A stretch of 64,000 bases of DNA from an uncultured Gemmatimonadales bacterium (GCA_963741945.1 CAVUKA010000003.1:659998-723997), one strand, 5' to 3'; shown: positions 46,889 to 57,274, counted from the stretch's first letter. Notes: generated from the sequence alone by a model not told the origin. Translations and numbers: made by a program.

Positions 46889-49387
46889 TCAGCGGGACAC
46901 CGTGTCCGGCAGCAGCACCGAATCGGGGCGCAGCAGCGAATCAGCGCCCGGGACACTCCCGGCCGGAATCACCGGCCGGGGCGCCGGCAGTGAGTCCGGG
47001 AATCCGAACGAGTCCACGGGCACACCCAGCGGCGCCTCCGCGGTGTCACGCGGGCTGATGGGCGCGGCAGCGGGCTCGCCCTCACGCGGGAGACGCGGCC
47101 GCCCCAGGTAGCGCTCCCGCTCCTGCTCCGTCCGCGCCTTCTCCCCACCCCCGCCGAACAGGCCGGCCACCCACCGCCCGGCGGCGGCGAACGCGCCGCG
47201 CACCCCGTCCCATGCCCGGGCGAGGACGCCTTCCTCCGTCTCGCCCGCGGGGCAGATGGTGGCGGGAAGCTCCGATTCGAGGAAGAGTTCGCTGCGGGCG
47301 CGCCCCTGCGCCGGACGGCACCCGTGGGCGAGCACCAGTCCGCTCGCCGGGTCGATCTTCCGCTCCACCACGGACTCCGGCCGCTCCCACGCGTCCGGCG
47401 CCTTCCGGTCCCGGTAGGCCGCGCGCATGATCCGTCCCCACACGGGCGCGGCCAGCTCGCCGCCCGTCGCGCCCGCGGCGATGGGCTGTGGCCGGTCCAT
47501 CCCGATCCAGACGCCGCCGGCCAGGTCCGGCGTGTAGCCCACGAACCAGGCGTCGAACCCCTCGTTCGTCGTCCCCGTCTTCCCGGCGGCCGGGACGCGC
47601 AGCCCCACATCGCGCACTTCGTGCCCGGTCCCGCGGTCCACCACGTCACGCAACAGGCTCGTGACCAGGTATGCGACGCCGGCCGAGAACGCCCGGTGCC
47701 GATGGACGTTCGAGCGCCATACCACCTTCCCGGCCGTATCCTCCACGGTGGTGACCAGCCGCGGCGCCACGCCGCGACCCCCTTCGGCGAACGGCGTGTA
47801 GGCCGCAGTGAGCTGGAGCAGCGGGATCCCGATCGCACCCAGCGCCAGCGACGGCAGGACCACCATCCGCTCGTCGATCCCCGCGTCCCTCGCCGCACGC
47901 ACCACGTTGTCCAGTCCCACCGCCAGCGCCAGACGCGCGGTGGCGATGTTCACGGAGTGGACGGCCGCCTCGCGCAGCGTCACTTCCCCGCCCGAGCGAC
48001 CGCTGAAGTTCTCCGGTTCCCACACTTCGCCGCCCGGCAGCTTCACGACCAGCGGCTCGTCGCTCAGCTCCTGGCTGGGAGCGTAGCCGCTCTCCAGCGC
48101 GGCGGCGAAAACGAACGGCTTGAACGCGCTCCCGACCTGCCGCCTCGCCTGCGTGGCGCGGTCGTACGGCGAGTCGGCGTAGTCGCGACCGCCCACGAGC
48201 GCCAGCACGTCCCCGCTGTCCGCCCGCATCACCACCGCCGCCCCCTGGACGTAGCGCGTCCCCGCGGAGTCCACCGCGTCCTCGTCACCGTGGCGTCGGT
48301 CGCCGCGATACCGGCCATACACGCCGGCCTCGATGGCCGACAGCTGCCGATCGATCGCCCGCTCCGCCGCGTGCTGCACCACCGGGTCGAGCGTCGTGTG
48401 GACGCGGAGCGGGGCGGCGTAGAGCCCGTCGCCGAGCTCGTGCTCGAGCATGCGACGCACGGCCCGCACGAAGTACGGCGCCGGCGGCGGCTTGGCTTCG
48501 GGCAGCGGCCGCTCGGGCACGACGTGGAGGCGCGTGGACTGCGCCCGCTCGGCCGAGTCGGCCGACACGCGCCCCTGCGCGGCCATCAGCGAGAGTACCA
48601 GGTCCCGCCGCTGGCGGGCCCGGTCGGGGTGCTCGCGCGGGTCGTAGGCGTTCGGCGCTTTCGGCATGGCGGCCAGCGTGGCCGCCTGGGCGAGGCTCAG
48701 GTGCGTGGCCGGGCGCCCGAAATAGGCCCGGCTGGCCGCCTGGATCCCGTAAACGGAGCCGCCGAAGTAGATGTGGTTGAGATAGAGCTCGAGGACCTCG
48801 TTCTTGCTGAAGCGGTCTTCGATGGCGCCCGCCACGCGCATCTCCAGCAGCTTCCTGTCGAGCGTCCGCTGCTGACCGGGGAGCCGGTCCGGGAAGACGT
48901 TCCGGGCCAGCTGCATCGTGATCGTGCTCCCACCCTGCGCCACCCCACCCGCCCTCACGTTGGCCAGCAGCGACCCGGCCATCCGGCGCCAGTCCACGCC
49001 CCCATGGTGGTAGAAACGGCGGTCCTCGATTGCGACGAAGGCGGCCGGCACGTACGCCGGCAGAGAGTCGAGCCGCACGAGCGTTTGGGGCGACGGCGTC
49101 AGCCGGGCCAGCTGGTCGCCATTCCGGTCCAGCAGCACGGGCGCACCCCCCGGCTGGAGCGCCGACAGCCGCTCCACGGCCGGACAGCCACGCAGCCCGC
49201 AGCTCTGCCACGTCAGCCACCCGAGCAGGAGCGATGCCGCGGCGGCCACCAGCAGCCAGCGCAGCGGCGGCAGCCACCAGGCCCGGCCCCGCCGCCCCCG
49301 TCCCGTGGGGTCGCGGCGCCAGAGCGCGAGCACCGCGGATCGCGCGCGTGCGGGAATGGTTCGTGCACTTTTCGGCATGGGATTCAT
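46889..49387 (-). CDS. Class A penicillin-binding protein (PBP1A family)
   Basis: Transglycosylase motifs EDRRFY..QGGSTITMQL..YLNHIYFG; transpeptidase motifs GSAFK, SVN and GKTGT. Confidence 0.94.
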   Translation of the reverse strand: MNPMPKSARTIPARARSAVLALWRRDPTGRGRRGRAWWLPPLRWLLVAAAASLLLGWLTWQSCGLRGCPAVERLSALQPGGAPVLLDRNGDQLARLTPSPQTLVRLDSLPAYVPAAFVAIEDRRFYHHGGVDWRRMAGSLLANVRAGGVAQGGSTITMQLARNVFPDRLPGQQRTLDRKLLEMRVAGAIEDRFSKNEVLELYLNHIYFGGSVYGIQAASRAYFGRPATHLSLAQAATLAAMPKAPNAYDPREHPDRARQRRDLVLSLMAAQGRVSADSAERAQSTRLHVVPERPLPEAKPPPAPYFVRAVRRMLEHELGDGLYAAPLRVHTTLDPVVQHAAERAIDRQLSAIEAGVYGRYRGDRRHGDEDAVDSAGTRYVQGAAVVMRADSGDVLALVGGRDYADSPYDRATQARRQVGSAFKPFVFAAALESGYAPSQELSDEPLVVKLPGGEVWEPENFSGRSGGEVTLREAAVHSVNIATARLALAVGLDNVVRAARDAGIDERMVVLPSLALGAIGIPLLQLTAAYTPFAEGGRGVAPRLVTTVEDTAGKVVWRSNVHRHRAFSAGVAYLVTSLLRDVVDRGTGHEVRDVGLRVPAAGKTGTTNEGFDAWFVGYTPDLAGGVWIGMDRPQPIAAGATGGELAAPVWGRIMRAAYRDRKAPDAWERPESVVERKIDPASGLVLAHGCRPAQGRARSELFLESELPATICPAGETEEGVLARAWDGVRGAFAAAGRWVAGLFGGGGEKARTEQERERYLGRPRLPREGEPAAAPISPRDTAEAPLGVPVDSFGFPDSLPAPRPVIPAGSVPGADSLLRPDSVLLPDTVSR

Positions 49388-49407
49388 TCTAAGCAGAGGA
49401 GCCCACA

Positions 49408-49779
49408 ATGAAGAAGGCATACATGCCCCGTGCCGCCGCTCTGGTGGCCCTGCTCGCCGCCCTCACTCTCGGCGGCTGCGGCATCATGGGAGGCAGCAAG
49501 GAGCCCGAGCCCGCGTACGCCACCGTCACGGTGAACAACGACAGCCCCACAACGGTCACGGCGTTCGCGGTCCGCCCGAACGGCGTCCGCTACCGCCTCG
49601 GTACTGTACCCGGACTGACCGAGAAGCACTTCGATCTCCGCGCCGACATGGTCGGCCAGACCGGCGAGATGCAGCTGGTGGTGGACGTCCTCGGCACGTC
49701 GCGCCTCTACACGTCCGACCAGGTGTTCATCGACCAGGGCGACAGCGTGGAGTTCACGGTAAGCCACATGGTGCGCTAG
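49408..49779 (+). CDS. Hypothetical lipoprotein
   Basis: Lipobox LGGC; AGAGGAG RBS. Confidence 0.7.
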   Translation: MKKAYMPRAAALVALLAALTLGGCGIMGGSKEPEPAYATVTVNNDSPTTVTAFAVRPNGVRYRLGTVPGLTEKHFDLRADMVGQTGEMQLVVDVLGTSRLYTSDQVFIDQGDSVEFTVSHMVR

Positions 49780-49900
49780 CTGCGGCGGCGAGTCCAGGCC
49801 GAAGCGGGCTTCGTGGCGAGCGGGCCTCCGGTTGCCGTTCGGAGTGCGACGGCCGAAACTGGCCACGACGGCTGCACTGCGCCCTCGAACCCTGGAAACC

Positions 49901-50470
49901 ATGAGCGACGCCGGAACCGATGCCCCGATCACGCCCGACCCCTCTTCCGGGCCGCCCGCGCCACCCCCGCCGCTGGACCTTCGCGTGGCCGCGGTCACGG
50001 AGGCGGGCGAGCACCCGAACGCGGACCGCCTGCTCGTCCTCCGCATCGACCTCGGCTTCGAGCACCGGCAGCTGGTCGCGGGGCTGGCCGGCATCTACGA
50101 GCCGGCGGAGCTGGTGGGGAAGCGCATCGTGGTCGTGGCGAACCTGAAGCCGGCAAAGCTGCGCGGCGAGATCAGCCAGGGGATGCTTCTCGCGGCCCAC
50201 GGCCAGGAGAACGTGGGGCTGATCCTGGCGCCGGACGCCCCATCCGGGACGCGGCTGGAAACGGCGGCGGCTACCGGAGCGATCCAGTCCCGGGCCGCGT
50301 CGGCAGGTGAGCCGGAGACGGGGCCCGGTGACGTGGCCGCGGAGATCACGATCGACGACTTCGCCCGCCACGCCATCGTCGCCCGGCCCGACGCGGTGAC
50401 GCTGGATGGCCGCCCGATCGAGCGCCCGCGGCTGGTCGTGGACCGCGACGCCTGGGGGCCCGTGAAGTAG
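49901..50470 (+). CDS. tRNA-binding OB-fold protein (Trbp111/CsaA/MetRS C-terminal-like)
   Basis: LDLRVAAV..HPNADRLLVLRIDLG..RQLVAG..VANLKPAKLRGEISQGMLLAA. Confidence 0.88.
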   Translation: MSDAGTDAPITPDPSSGPPAPPPPLDLRVAAVTEAGEHPNADRLLVLRIDLGFEHRQLVAGLAGIYEPAELVGKRIVVVANLKPAKLRGEISQGMLLAAHGQENVGLILAPDAPSGTRLETAAATGAIQSRAASAGEPETGPGDVAAEITIDDFARHAIVARPDAVTLDGRPIERPRLVVDRDAWGPVK

Positions 50471-50559
50471 CCCTCGCCCAACGAACCCCTTGCCGACCGC
50501 ACCGTTCGTCGCCATCAAGGGAGGAAGCGGGGATGTTCTTCCGAATGGCGGCGACGAGG

Positions 50560-50856
50560 ATGAACCGGATGATCGCCTACTGCGGGTCCGACTGCGACGC
50601 CTGTCCCATCTACCTGGCCACGCCCGACGCCTGGGGCATCGAATCCGTCGCCGCGGCCATAACCGACTGCGACGGCTGCCGCGCCGGCGAGCGCCTCTTC
50701 GCCGAGTGCGAGGAGTGTGAGATCCGCACATGCGCCGTGGCCAGCGGCCTGGACGGCTGCGCCGCGTGCGACGAGTATCCCTGCGACTTCCTCCGCCCCC
50801 ACCTCGCCTGCGATCCCGACGCTCGCGCACGACTGGAGCAGATCCGGGTCGGCTGA
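50560..50856 (+). CDS. DUF3795-like Cys-rich protein
   Basis: IAYCGSDCDACP..CDGC..CEIRTCA..CAACDEYPC. Confidence 0.8.
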   Translation: MNRMIAYCGSDCDACPIYLATPDAWGIESVAAAITDCDGCRAGERLFAECEECEIRTCAVASGLDGCAACDEYPCDFLRPHLACDPDARARLEQIRVG

Positions 50857-50901
50857 GGACTGCCGCCGGGCCGCCGCGGCCGCCCGCGCCCCCCCGCCGG
50901 C

Positions 50902-51294
50902 TCAGGGGGCGAACAACCCCACCACGGCGAAGCAGAGGGCGAGGACCGTCGCCAGCGGCGTCATCACCCATCGCTCCACCCGCGACCGCGACGACGCGTT
51001 CCCCACCGCGTTCAGCGCGAAGAACACCGCCGAGACCCACGTGGCCGCGTGCACCGACACCGGCTCCGGCCCCGGCCGTACCAGTCCCGCCCGCGCCAGG
51101 ACCACCCACCCCGCCACCGCCAGCATGAACACCGCCGCGACACTCCCCAGCCGCAGCCTCGGAGGCAGCACGCGGTGCTCACCCCCCCATGCCGCGCGCC
51201 CGAGCGGGAACCCCGCGGCAAGGAGGGCCTGGAGGAGGATGACCCCGGCCAGCACGGCCGCGGCCACCAACGCTGCGATTTCTGGAAGTGTCAT
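50902..51294 (-). CDS. Hypothetical membrane protein
   Basis: Four hydrophobic segments; LAAGFPLGRAAWGG..LP..NASSRSRVER. Confidence 0.7.
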   Translation of the reverse strand: MTLPEIAALVAAAVLAGVILLQALLAAGFPLGRAAWGGEHRVLPPRLRLGSVAAVFMLAVAGWVVLARAGLVRPGPEPVSVHAATWVSAVFFALNAVGNASSRSRVERWVMTPLATVLALCFAVVGLFAP

Positions 51295-51391
51295 GCGTCC
51301 GTCCCGGGTCCGGGCGCAACCTATGCCGCGCCCGCCCATGGCGCACGGCCGGCCCCATCGCCCCCCCGGGGCGGGGTCGGCGCCATTGTGC

Positions 51392-51420
51392 TTGAAAATG
51401 TGACGATCGTTGAACATATT
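51392..51420 (+). promoter_or_regulatory. Possible sigma70 promoter in an AT-rich island
   Basis: TTGAAA-N17-CATATT in a divergent intergenic region. Confidence 0.35.
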
Positions 51421-51620
51421 GCGTCATTGACCGGGCGGCCCGCTGGATGGGCAGCCGGAGACTCACACGTCGGCCTGTGCGATCCGCGTCGTTTTCCCCA
51501 CCCCCTGGGCGCACCACCCGATCGCGGGCGGACCTGAAATGCTGGAGCATCCAGCCCACGCCCGGTCCGCGACACGTGCTCGCGCCAGGTGGAGGGCCCG
51601 GAGACTCCCGGGGTGGGAGC

Positions 51621-51866
51621 ATGCGACTCACGCGGTACCGAACCGTACTCTCTCTTCTGCTCGCACTCGTCGCGGGCGCGACCTCACTGTTCATCACGCT
51701 GCGGTTCACGGACTGGCAGCGGATCACCTGCGTGGCGGTGTCGGCGCTGGTGTTCGCGGCTCCACTGCTGCTGCGCAGTGAAATCGAGCTGCGCAGGAAG
51801 CGCGCGCGATCCGAGCGGTTCATGCGGGAGATCATGGGGGAGGCCGACGACGGTCGCGAGATGTGA
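51621..51866 (+). CDS. Small 2-TM hypothetical protein
   Basis: MRLTRYRTVLSLLLALVAG..; two hydrophobic segments and a charged tail. Confidence 0.5.
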   Translation: MRLTRYRTVLSLLLALVAGATSLFITLRFTDWQRITCVAVSALVFAAPLLLRSEIELRRKRARSERFMREIMGEADDGREM

Positions 51867-51998
51867 AGCGCGGCCCCGGTGGGCGGCGGAGTGCTGCGCC
51901 GGGGTGGTCGGTGCGCCACCCGCTTGCCCGCCGCCCCGGCCGCCGGTAGCGTTCGGGGCTCACGCACGACAACACGGGACGCACGGCGGGAGAAGCGG

Positions 51999-52616
51999 TT
52001 GGACGCGCTCACGGTACGGGGGCTGACCCGGAGCTTCGGTCCGCTCCGGGTGCTGGACGACATCGATTTCACGGTCCCGCGGGGCAGCGTGGCCGTGCTG
52101 CTGGGACCGAACGGGTCGGGCAAGACCACGCTGCTGCGCTGTGTTGTGGGTGCGGAGCACCCGGACGCGGGGGAGGTGCACCTCGAAGGACACCGCATGG
52201 ACGAGACGGATCCATGGGTCCGGGCTGCCGTGGCCGCGGTGCTGGACGACATGGATTTCTTCCCCGACCTTTCGGTGGTCGAGCACCTGGAGTTGCTGGC
52301 GCTTGCCCACGGCGGGGATCCTGCGGCCGTCGCGGGAGTGGTGACGGAGCTGGGTCTCGACCCGGCGCGGGATCAGCTGCCGGCGACGTTGTCCAGCGGC
52401 CAGCGTCGCCGGCTGGCGCTGGCCTCGTGCTTCGTCCGCCCTCGTCGCCTGCTCGTGCTGGACGAGCCCGAACAGCGCCTCGATGTGGGCGGCAGGGCGT
52501 GGCTGCGGGACCGGCTCCTCCGCGAGAAGGCCAGCGGCACGGCCGTGCTGATGGCGTCCCACGACCCCGAGCTCGTGGACGCCGTGGCCGATGTCCGGAT
52601 CGAGCTGGGCGCGTGA
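51999..52616 (+). CDS. ABC transporter ATP-binding protein
   Basis: GPNGSGKT, LSSGQ, LLVLDEP and SHD. Confidence 0.92.
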   Translation: MDALTVRGLTRSFGPLRVLDDIDFTVPRGSVAVLLGPNGSGKTTLLRCVVGAEHPDAGEVHLEGHRMDETDPWVRAAVAAVLDDMDFFPDLSVVEHLELLALAHGGDPAAVAGVVTELGLDPARDQLPATLSSGQRRRLALASCFVRPRRLLVLDEPEQRLDVGGRAWLRDRLLREKASGTAVLMASHDPELVDAVADVRIELGA

Positions 52617-54049
52617 GCGCCACGGCGCTGGACGCCGGGCGGATCCCCGCGCCTTCCACCTGGCGACGACGGCTCCGGCGCGCGCGTCGCACCCACCACC
52701 CTCGCTCCACCGGCGACCTCCTCACGGACCTGTACATGCTGCTCTGGGTCCTGGTGGTGTACGGGGGCGCGCTGGTGTCCGTCGTGCGGGAGCACCTGCG
52801 CACTCCGGTGGGCGTTCCGGGTGTGGCGGTGGAGCGACTGTGGATTGCCAGCGCGGTGCTGCTGGCGGGCGCCGGCCTGACCTGGCGCGGCCTGCGCGCG
52901 GTGGGCCCCATCGTCGCCTCTCCGTCCGAGCAGTCGTGGGGCGTGGCCACGCCCATGGACCGGCGACGCTGGCTCCTGCCGCGCTTCCTGATCCTGCTGC
53001 TGGCCGGGCTGCTGGGCGGCGCGGCGGCCGCGGGGCTGGTGGTGGTGCTCGGGATGCAGGGCCACGGCTTCCGCGCGGCCCTGATCGCCGGCGGCGTCTG
53101 GGGGCTGGGAAGCGTCGCGGCCGCCGTGGCGGCGCAGGCGAGTGCACGACCGCGGGGCCATGGGCGCCGGCGCCGCCGGGTCGCGCTCGCCGGCCCGGTC
53201 CTGACGCTCGCCGGGGCCGCCGCCGCGGGCGCGGTGGTGGCGGCGCATTACGGCGGCCGCCTCCTCCCGCGACCGCCAGCCGCGCTCGTGCCGGGGCTCG
53301 TTGCCATGGGCGCCGTTTTCGCCACCGTAGCTCTGGCCGCGGCCATTCTCGCGCTGCGGCGCATCGACCGCGCCGCCCTCGGCGCCGGCGCTGACATCGC
53401 GGCGGCCGCGCTCAGCGCCACCGCCTGGACCGATCCCACGCTCCTCACCCGTGTTCTCGAAGTCCGCCGCTGGCGACGCGTGGGCCGGGTGCGCAGCCGA
53501 CACTTCCTCCCTGCCGTGCCCGGGCTGTCGCCCCGCGTGTGGGCCCTGCTGCAGGGCGATGCCCGGCGGGTGGCGAGGCGCCCGATGTCGCTCGTGGTGT
53601 GGGCCGCGCTGGGGCTGGCGCAGTACGCCATCGCGGTGGTGGCGCCACCGGTGGCGGGCGTGGCCCACGTGATCGCCGCGTACGTGGCGGCGGGCCGCCT
53701 GACGAGCGGACTTCGCACCGTGGCCGGCTCGGCGGGGCTGCGGCGCTCGATCGGCGGCGGGGAGGCGGAGCTCCGGCTCGTGCACCTGGTCGTGCCCGCC
53801 GTGGGCACGGCCCTCTGGTGGGTCCTGACCTGGCCCGCCGGCGGGCCGCCACTGGGGTCCGCCGAAGTGTTCCTGGTCCTCGGCATCGTGGCGGCTGCGT
53901 ACCGCTCCGCAACGCGTCCTCCCATGCGGTATGGCGCGTCCACCATGGACTCCCCCGTGGGCCTCTTCCCCACGGACCTGCTGCTGCAGATCGCGCGAGG
54001 GCCGGATCTCCTGGGCGTGGTGCTGATCGTGCGACTGATCCTCCGTTGA
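52613..54049 (+). CDS. Polytopic membrane protein, DUF6297-like (probable ABC permease partner)
   Basis: GTG overlaps the ATPase TGA; many TM segments; C-terminal RPPMRY..SPVGLFP..RGPD. Confidence 0.65.
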   Translation: MSATALDAGRIPAPSTWRRRLRRARRTHHPRSTGDLLTDLYMLLWVLVVYGGALVSVVREHLRTPVGVPGVAVERLWIASAVLLAGAGLTWRGLRAVGPIVASPSEQSWGVATPMDRRRWLLPRFLILLLAGLLGGAAAAGLVVVLGMQGHGFRAALIAGGVWGLGSVAAAVAAQASARPRGHGRRRRRVALAGPVLTLAGAAAAGAVVAAHYGGRLLPRPPAALVPGLVAMGAVFATVALAAAILALRRIDRAALGAGADIAAAALSATAWTDPTLLTRVLEVRRWRRVGRVRSRHFLPAVPGLSPRVWALLQGDARRVARRPMSLVVWAALGLAQYAIAVVAPPVAGVAHVIAAYVAAGRLTSGLRTVAGSAGLRRSIGGGEAELRLVHLVVPAVGTALWWVLTWPAGGPPLGSAEVFLVLGIVAAAYRSATRPPMRYGASTMDSPVGLFPTDLLLQIARGPDLLGVVLIVRLILR

Positions 54050-54185
54050 GCGGACCGGGAGACCGCGACCGGAGAGACGGTGGCGGCGGACGCCGGGCAT
54101 TGCCACGGCCCCGTGTCCCTCACCACTCTACTTCCCGCAGCGTGCGCGGACCGGGCGCACCACGACTCTCGGCCGGAGGACGGAG

Positions 54186-55049
54186 ATGAGGAGGACGGGG
54201 GCCGCGTTTCTCGTGGCCGGCCTCGCGTGGATGGCCATCTCGGGATGCGACGATGGCACTTCACCCGGCAGCGACCTGATCGGGGAGTACACGGCCGTCG
54301 AAGTCGACGGGGGCTCGCTCCCGACCCGGTGGCGCCCCGCGGTCGACCTGACCGGCGCCCTCCTCACCATCGGAGACGCCCCTACCCGGCAGTTCGCCAT
54401 CGCGTATCTGCTCGCGGTGCACGACACCACCCCACCCCCACCCCCGGACACCACGACGCCGCCCGACACCACCGGCTCGCCGCCGGACACGAGCGCGGCC
54501 AGCCCGGCGGAGGCGCGGCTCGCCCGTGCGCTCCGCGGGGCCGGGGCCCCCGCGGCCCCCGCTGACCGCATCACCACCGACACCTGCTTCGTCCACGGCA
54601 GCTGGAAGATGGAGGGCGGCTCGTTCGTGGTGCTGGACAGCACCATCGCTGTGGCGGGGAGCATGTGCGGTCCCGAGATCGCACTGTCCGAAGCGTCGGG
54701 CGCCATCGCCGCCGACGTGGACGCGACGGAAGAGGAGGGGGGACCCTACCACGCTCTCCGGTTCGAGCCCCGGCGAGTGGCGCAACTGGCGGCCTCGCCG
54801 GACTCGCTGCTCTTCGGCGCGCTCCAGCAGACCCGGACGTTCCACGTCCTGCTCACGGACCAGGCGGGCGTCGCCTACGACGCGCGCACCGAGCTCGGCC
54901 TCGCGCTCCAGGGCGCGCCCATCGTGGCGCTGGTGCAGAGCGGTGCCCCCGACTCGCTGTCGCTCATGTCCATCGGCACCGGGCGGGCGCAGCTGATCCT
55001 CTTCGGTGGAGCGCGCGCCGACACCATCGGGATCACGGTGATCCAGTAG
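54186..55049 (+). CDS. Hypothetical lipoprotein with Pro/Thr-rich insert
   Basis: Lipobox ISGC; DTTPPPPPDTTTPPDTTGSPPDT. Confidence 0.65.
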   Translation: MRRTGAAFLVAGLAWMAISGCDDGTSPGSDLIGEYTAVEVDGGSLPTRWRPAVDLTGALLTIGDAPTRQFAIAYLLAVHDTTPPPPPDTTTPPDTTGSPPDTSAASPAEARLARALRGAGAPAAPADRITTDTCFVHGSWKMEGGSFVVLDSTIAVAGSMCGPEIALSEASGAIAADVDATEEEGGPYHALRFEPRRVAQLAASPDSLLFGALQQTRTFHVLLTDQAGVAYDARTELGLALQGAPIVALVQSGAPDSLSLMSIGTGRAQLILFGGARADTIGITVIQ

Positions 55050-55126
55050 CGAGGCCACCCCCTTCCCACGCGTCCCGCGCCCCGCCATACTCCCCACGTT
55101 CACGCAACCGAATCAGGGCGAAGGTG

Positions 55127-56038
55127 ATGAAGCAGGCACGGACGATCGGTGGCGCCGCGGCGCTGCTGGCAATGGTGGTGGGAACGGCCAGCGCGGCCAT
55201 GTGGGGAGCGACCGGTCACGAGATCGTGGGCGAAGTGGCAGCGGCGGGGCTGCCCGGCGACATGCCCGCCTTCTTCCGGGACGCCGCGCCCCAGCTCCGC
55301 TGGCTCGACCCGGAGCCGGACCGGTGGCGCGACCGTCAGGCCACGGCGATGGACGAGGCGTTCAAGTACGACCACTTCATCGACCTGGAGAACGTCCCTG
55401 CCGCGGCGCTCGCGGCGCCCGACCGGTACACGTACCTGGAAGCGCTCTTCGCCGCGGGGCTGAAGAACCCGCAGCAGTCGGCCGGGTTCCTGCCCTTCCG
55501 CATCCTGGAGCTGCAGGAGCGGGTGACGAACGGCTTCGCCCGCTGGCGGCGAGCCGGTAGCGAGCAGGAGCGGCGCTGGATCGAGGCGAGGGTCATCAAC
55601 GACGCCGGAATCCTCGGGCACTACGTGGCCGACGGCTCCAACCCGCACCACACCACCATCCACTACAACGGCTGGGCCGAGGAGGCCCCGAACCCGCGGG
55701 GGTTCACCACGGCCCACGACATCCACTGGCGCTTCGAGAGCCTGTTCGTGGACGCACACGTGAACGTCACGGACGTGGCCGCGGCGGTCCCGGCCGGCAC
55801 GCACGTCGTGCCGGACGTGCGGCAGGGGATCATGGACTACCTCATGGCCACGCACGCGCAGGTGGTCCCGCTCTACGAGATCGAGCAGAACGTGGGCTTT
55901 CCCGGCGACTCCGCCACCGCCGCGCCGGCCGCGCAGGCGTTCGTCGTCGACCGCCTCGCCGCGGGCGCCGAGATGCTGCGCGCACTCTGGTACACGGCCT
56001 GGGTCGACAGCGACGCCGTGGCGAAGCGCCTCCGCTGA
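55127..56038 (+). CDS. S1/P1 nuclease family protein, secreted
   Basis: Signal peptide then WGATGH, PDRWR, HFIDLE, LGHYVADGSNPHH and IHWRFES. Confidence 0.85.
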   Translation: MKQARTIGGAAALLAMVVGTASAAMWGATGHEIVGEVAAAGLPGDMPAFFRDAAPQLRWLDPEPDRWRDRQATAMDEAFKYDHFIDLENVPAAALAAPDRYTYLEALFAAGLKNPQQSAGFLPFRILELQERVTNGFARWRRAGSEQERRWIEARVINDAGILGHYVADGSNPHHTTIHYNGWAEEAPNPRGFTTAHDIHWRFESLFVDAHVNVTDVAAAVPAGTHVVPDVRQGIMDYLMATHAQVVPLYEIEQNVGFPGDSATAAPAAQAFVVDRLAAGAEMLRALWYTAWVDSDAVAKRLR

Positions 56039-56044
56039 GGGGAC

Positions 56045-57274
56045 ATGGACATGATCGATCGCATACGCGCGCAGTTCCCCGCCCTGGCCCGGCAGGTGAA
56101 CGGGCACCCCGTCGCCTATTTCGACGGCCCGGGCGGCACACAGGTGCCCGCGGCCGTGGCGGACGCGGTGCGCTCCTACCTGCTGGAGCACAACGCTAAC
56201 GAAGGGTGGAACTATCCCACCAGTCAGGAGACCGACGCGCTGCTGTCGGAGGGGCGCGCGGCCATGGCCGACCTTTTCGGCGCGCTGCCTGACGAGATCG
56301 CGTTCGGTCAGAACATGACCACGCTCACGCTGCGGCTGTCACGGGCGCTCGGGCGCGAGCTGGAGCCGGGCGACCGGGTGGTGGTGACCGAGCTGGACCA
56401 CCACGCCAACGTGGACCCGTGGAAAGCGCTGGCGGATGAGCGCGGGGCCGAGATCCGGGTGGTGCGCATGAATCCCGGCTCCGGCACGCTGGACCTGGAC
56501 GACCTCCACAGCGCCCTGGCCGAGCCCACGAGCCTCGTCGCCATCGGGGCCGCATCGAACGCGCTGGGCACCATCTCCAATGTGGCCGAGGCGGCCGCCC
56601 TCGCGCACGACGCCGGCGCCACGGTGTTCGTGGACGCCGTCCATTACGCGCCCCACGAGCTGGTGGACGTCCACGCCCTCGGTGCTGACTTCCTGGCGGC
56701 CTCCCCGTACAAGTTCTACGGCCCCCACCTGGGCGTCCTCTGGGGGCCCGGCGAGGCCATGGAGCGGCTGCGTCTCCCCCGCGTGGCATCCGCGCCGGAC
56801 CACGCGCCGGAGCGGTTCGAGACGGGGACCATCAGCTTCGAGGCCGTGGCCGGCGCCACCGCGGCCGTGGATTTCCTCGCCTCATTCGGTGATGACGCCG
56901 CGGCCGGCGACAACCGCCGCGCCCGTCTGCGGCGGGCCTACGAAGCGCTGAAGGAGCGTGGAGAGGGTCTGTTCCGGGCACTGTGGGACGGGATGAACGA
57001 GATCCCCGGCGTCGCCACCTACGGCCCGCCTCCGGGCGCCCGCCGCACGCCCACACTGGGCTTCGCCATTGCGGACCGGGATCCCCGGGATGCCGTGGCC
57101 GCTTACGCAGCGGAAGGGATCTTCGTCACGCACGGCGACTTCTACGCCACCACGGTCATCCAGCGCCTCGGACGCGGGGGGCCCGGGATCCTGCGCGCGG
57201 GGTGCGTCGCGTACACGTCGGACGAGGAAGTCCAGCGGCTCGTGGACGCCACGGCGAGGATCGCCGCCGGCTGA
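56045..57274 (+). CDS. Cysteine desulfurase-like aminotransferase class V (VC1184-type)
   Basis: YFDGPGGTQVP, LDHHAN, VDAVHYAPH, SPYKFYGPH and FETGT. Confidence 0.9.
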   Translation: MDMIDRIRAQFPALARQVNGHPVAYFDGPGGTQVPAAVADAVRSYLLEHNANEGWNYPTSQETDALLSEGRAAMADLFGALPDEIAFGQNMTTLTLRLSRALGRELEPGDRVVVTELDHHANVDPWKALADERGAEIRVVRMNPGSGTLDLDDLHSALAEPTSLVAIGAASNALGTISNVAEAAALAHDAGATVFVDAVHYAPHELVDVHALGADFLAASPYKFYGPHLGVLWGPGEAMERLRLPRVASAPDHAPERFETGTISFEAVAGATAAVDFLASFGDDAAAGDNRRARLRRAYEALKERGEGLFRALWDGMNEIPGVATYGPPPGARRTPTLGFAIADRDPRDAVAAYAAEGIFVTHGDFYATTVIQRLGRGGPGILRAGCVAYTSDEEVQRLVDATARIAAG

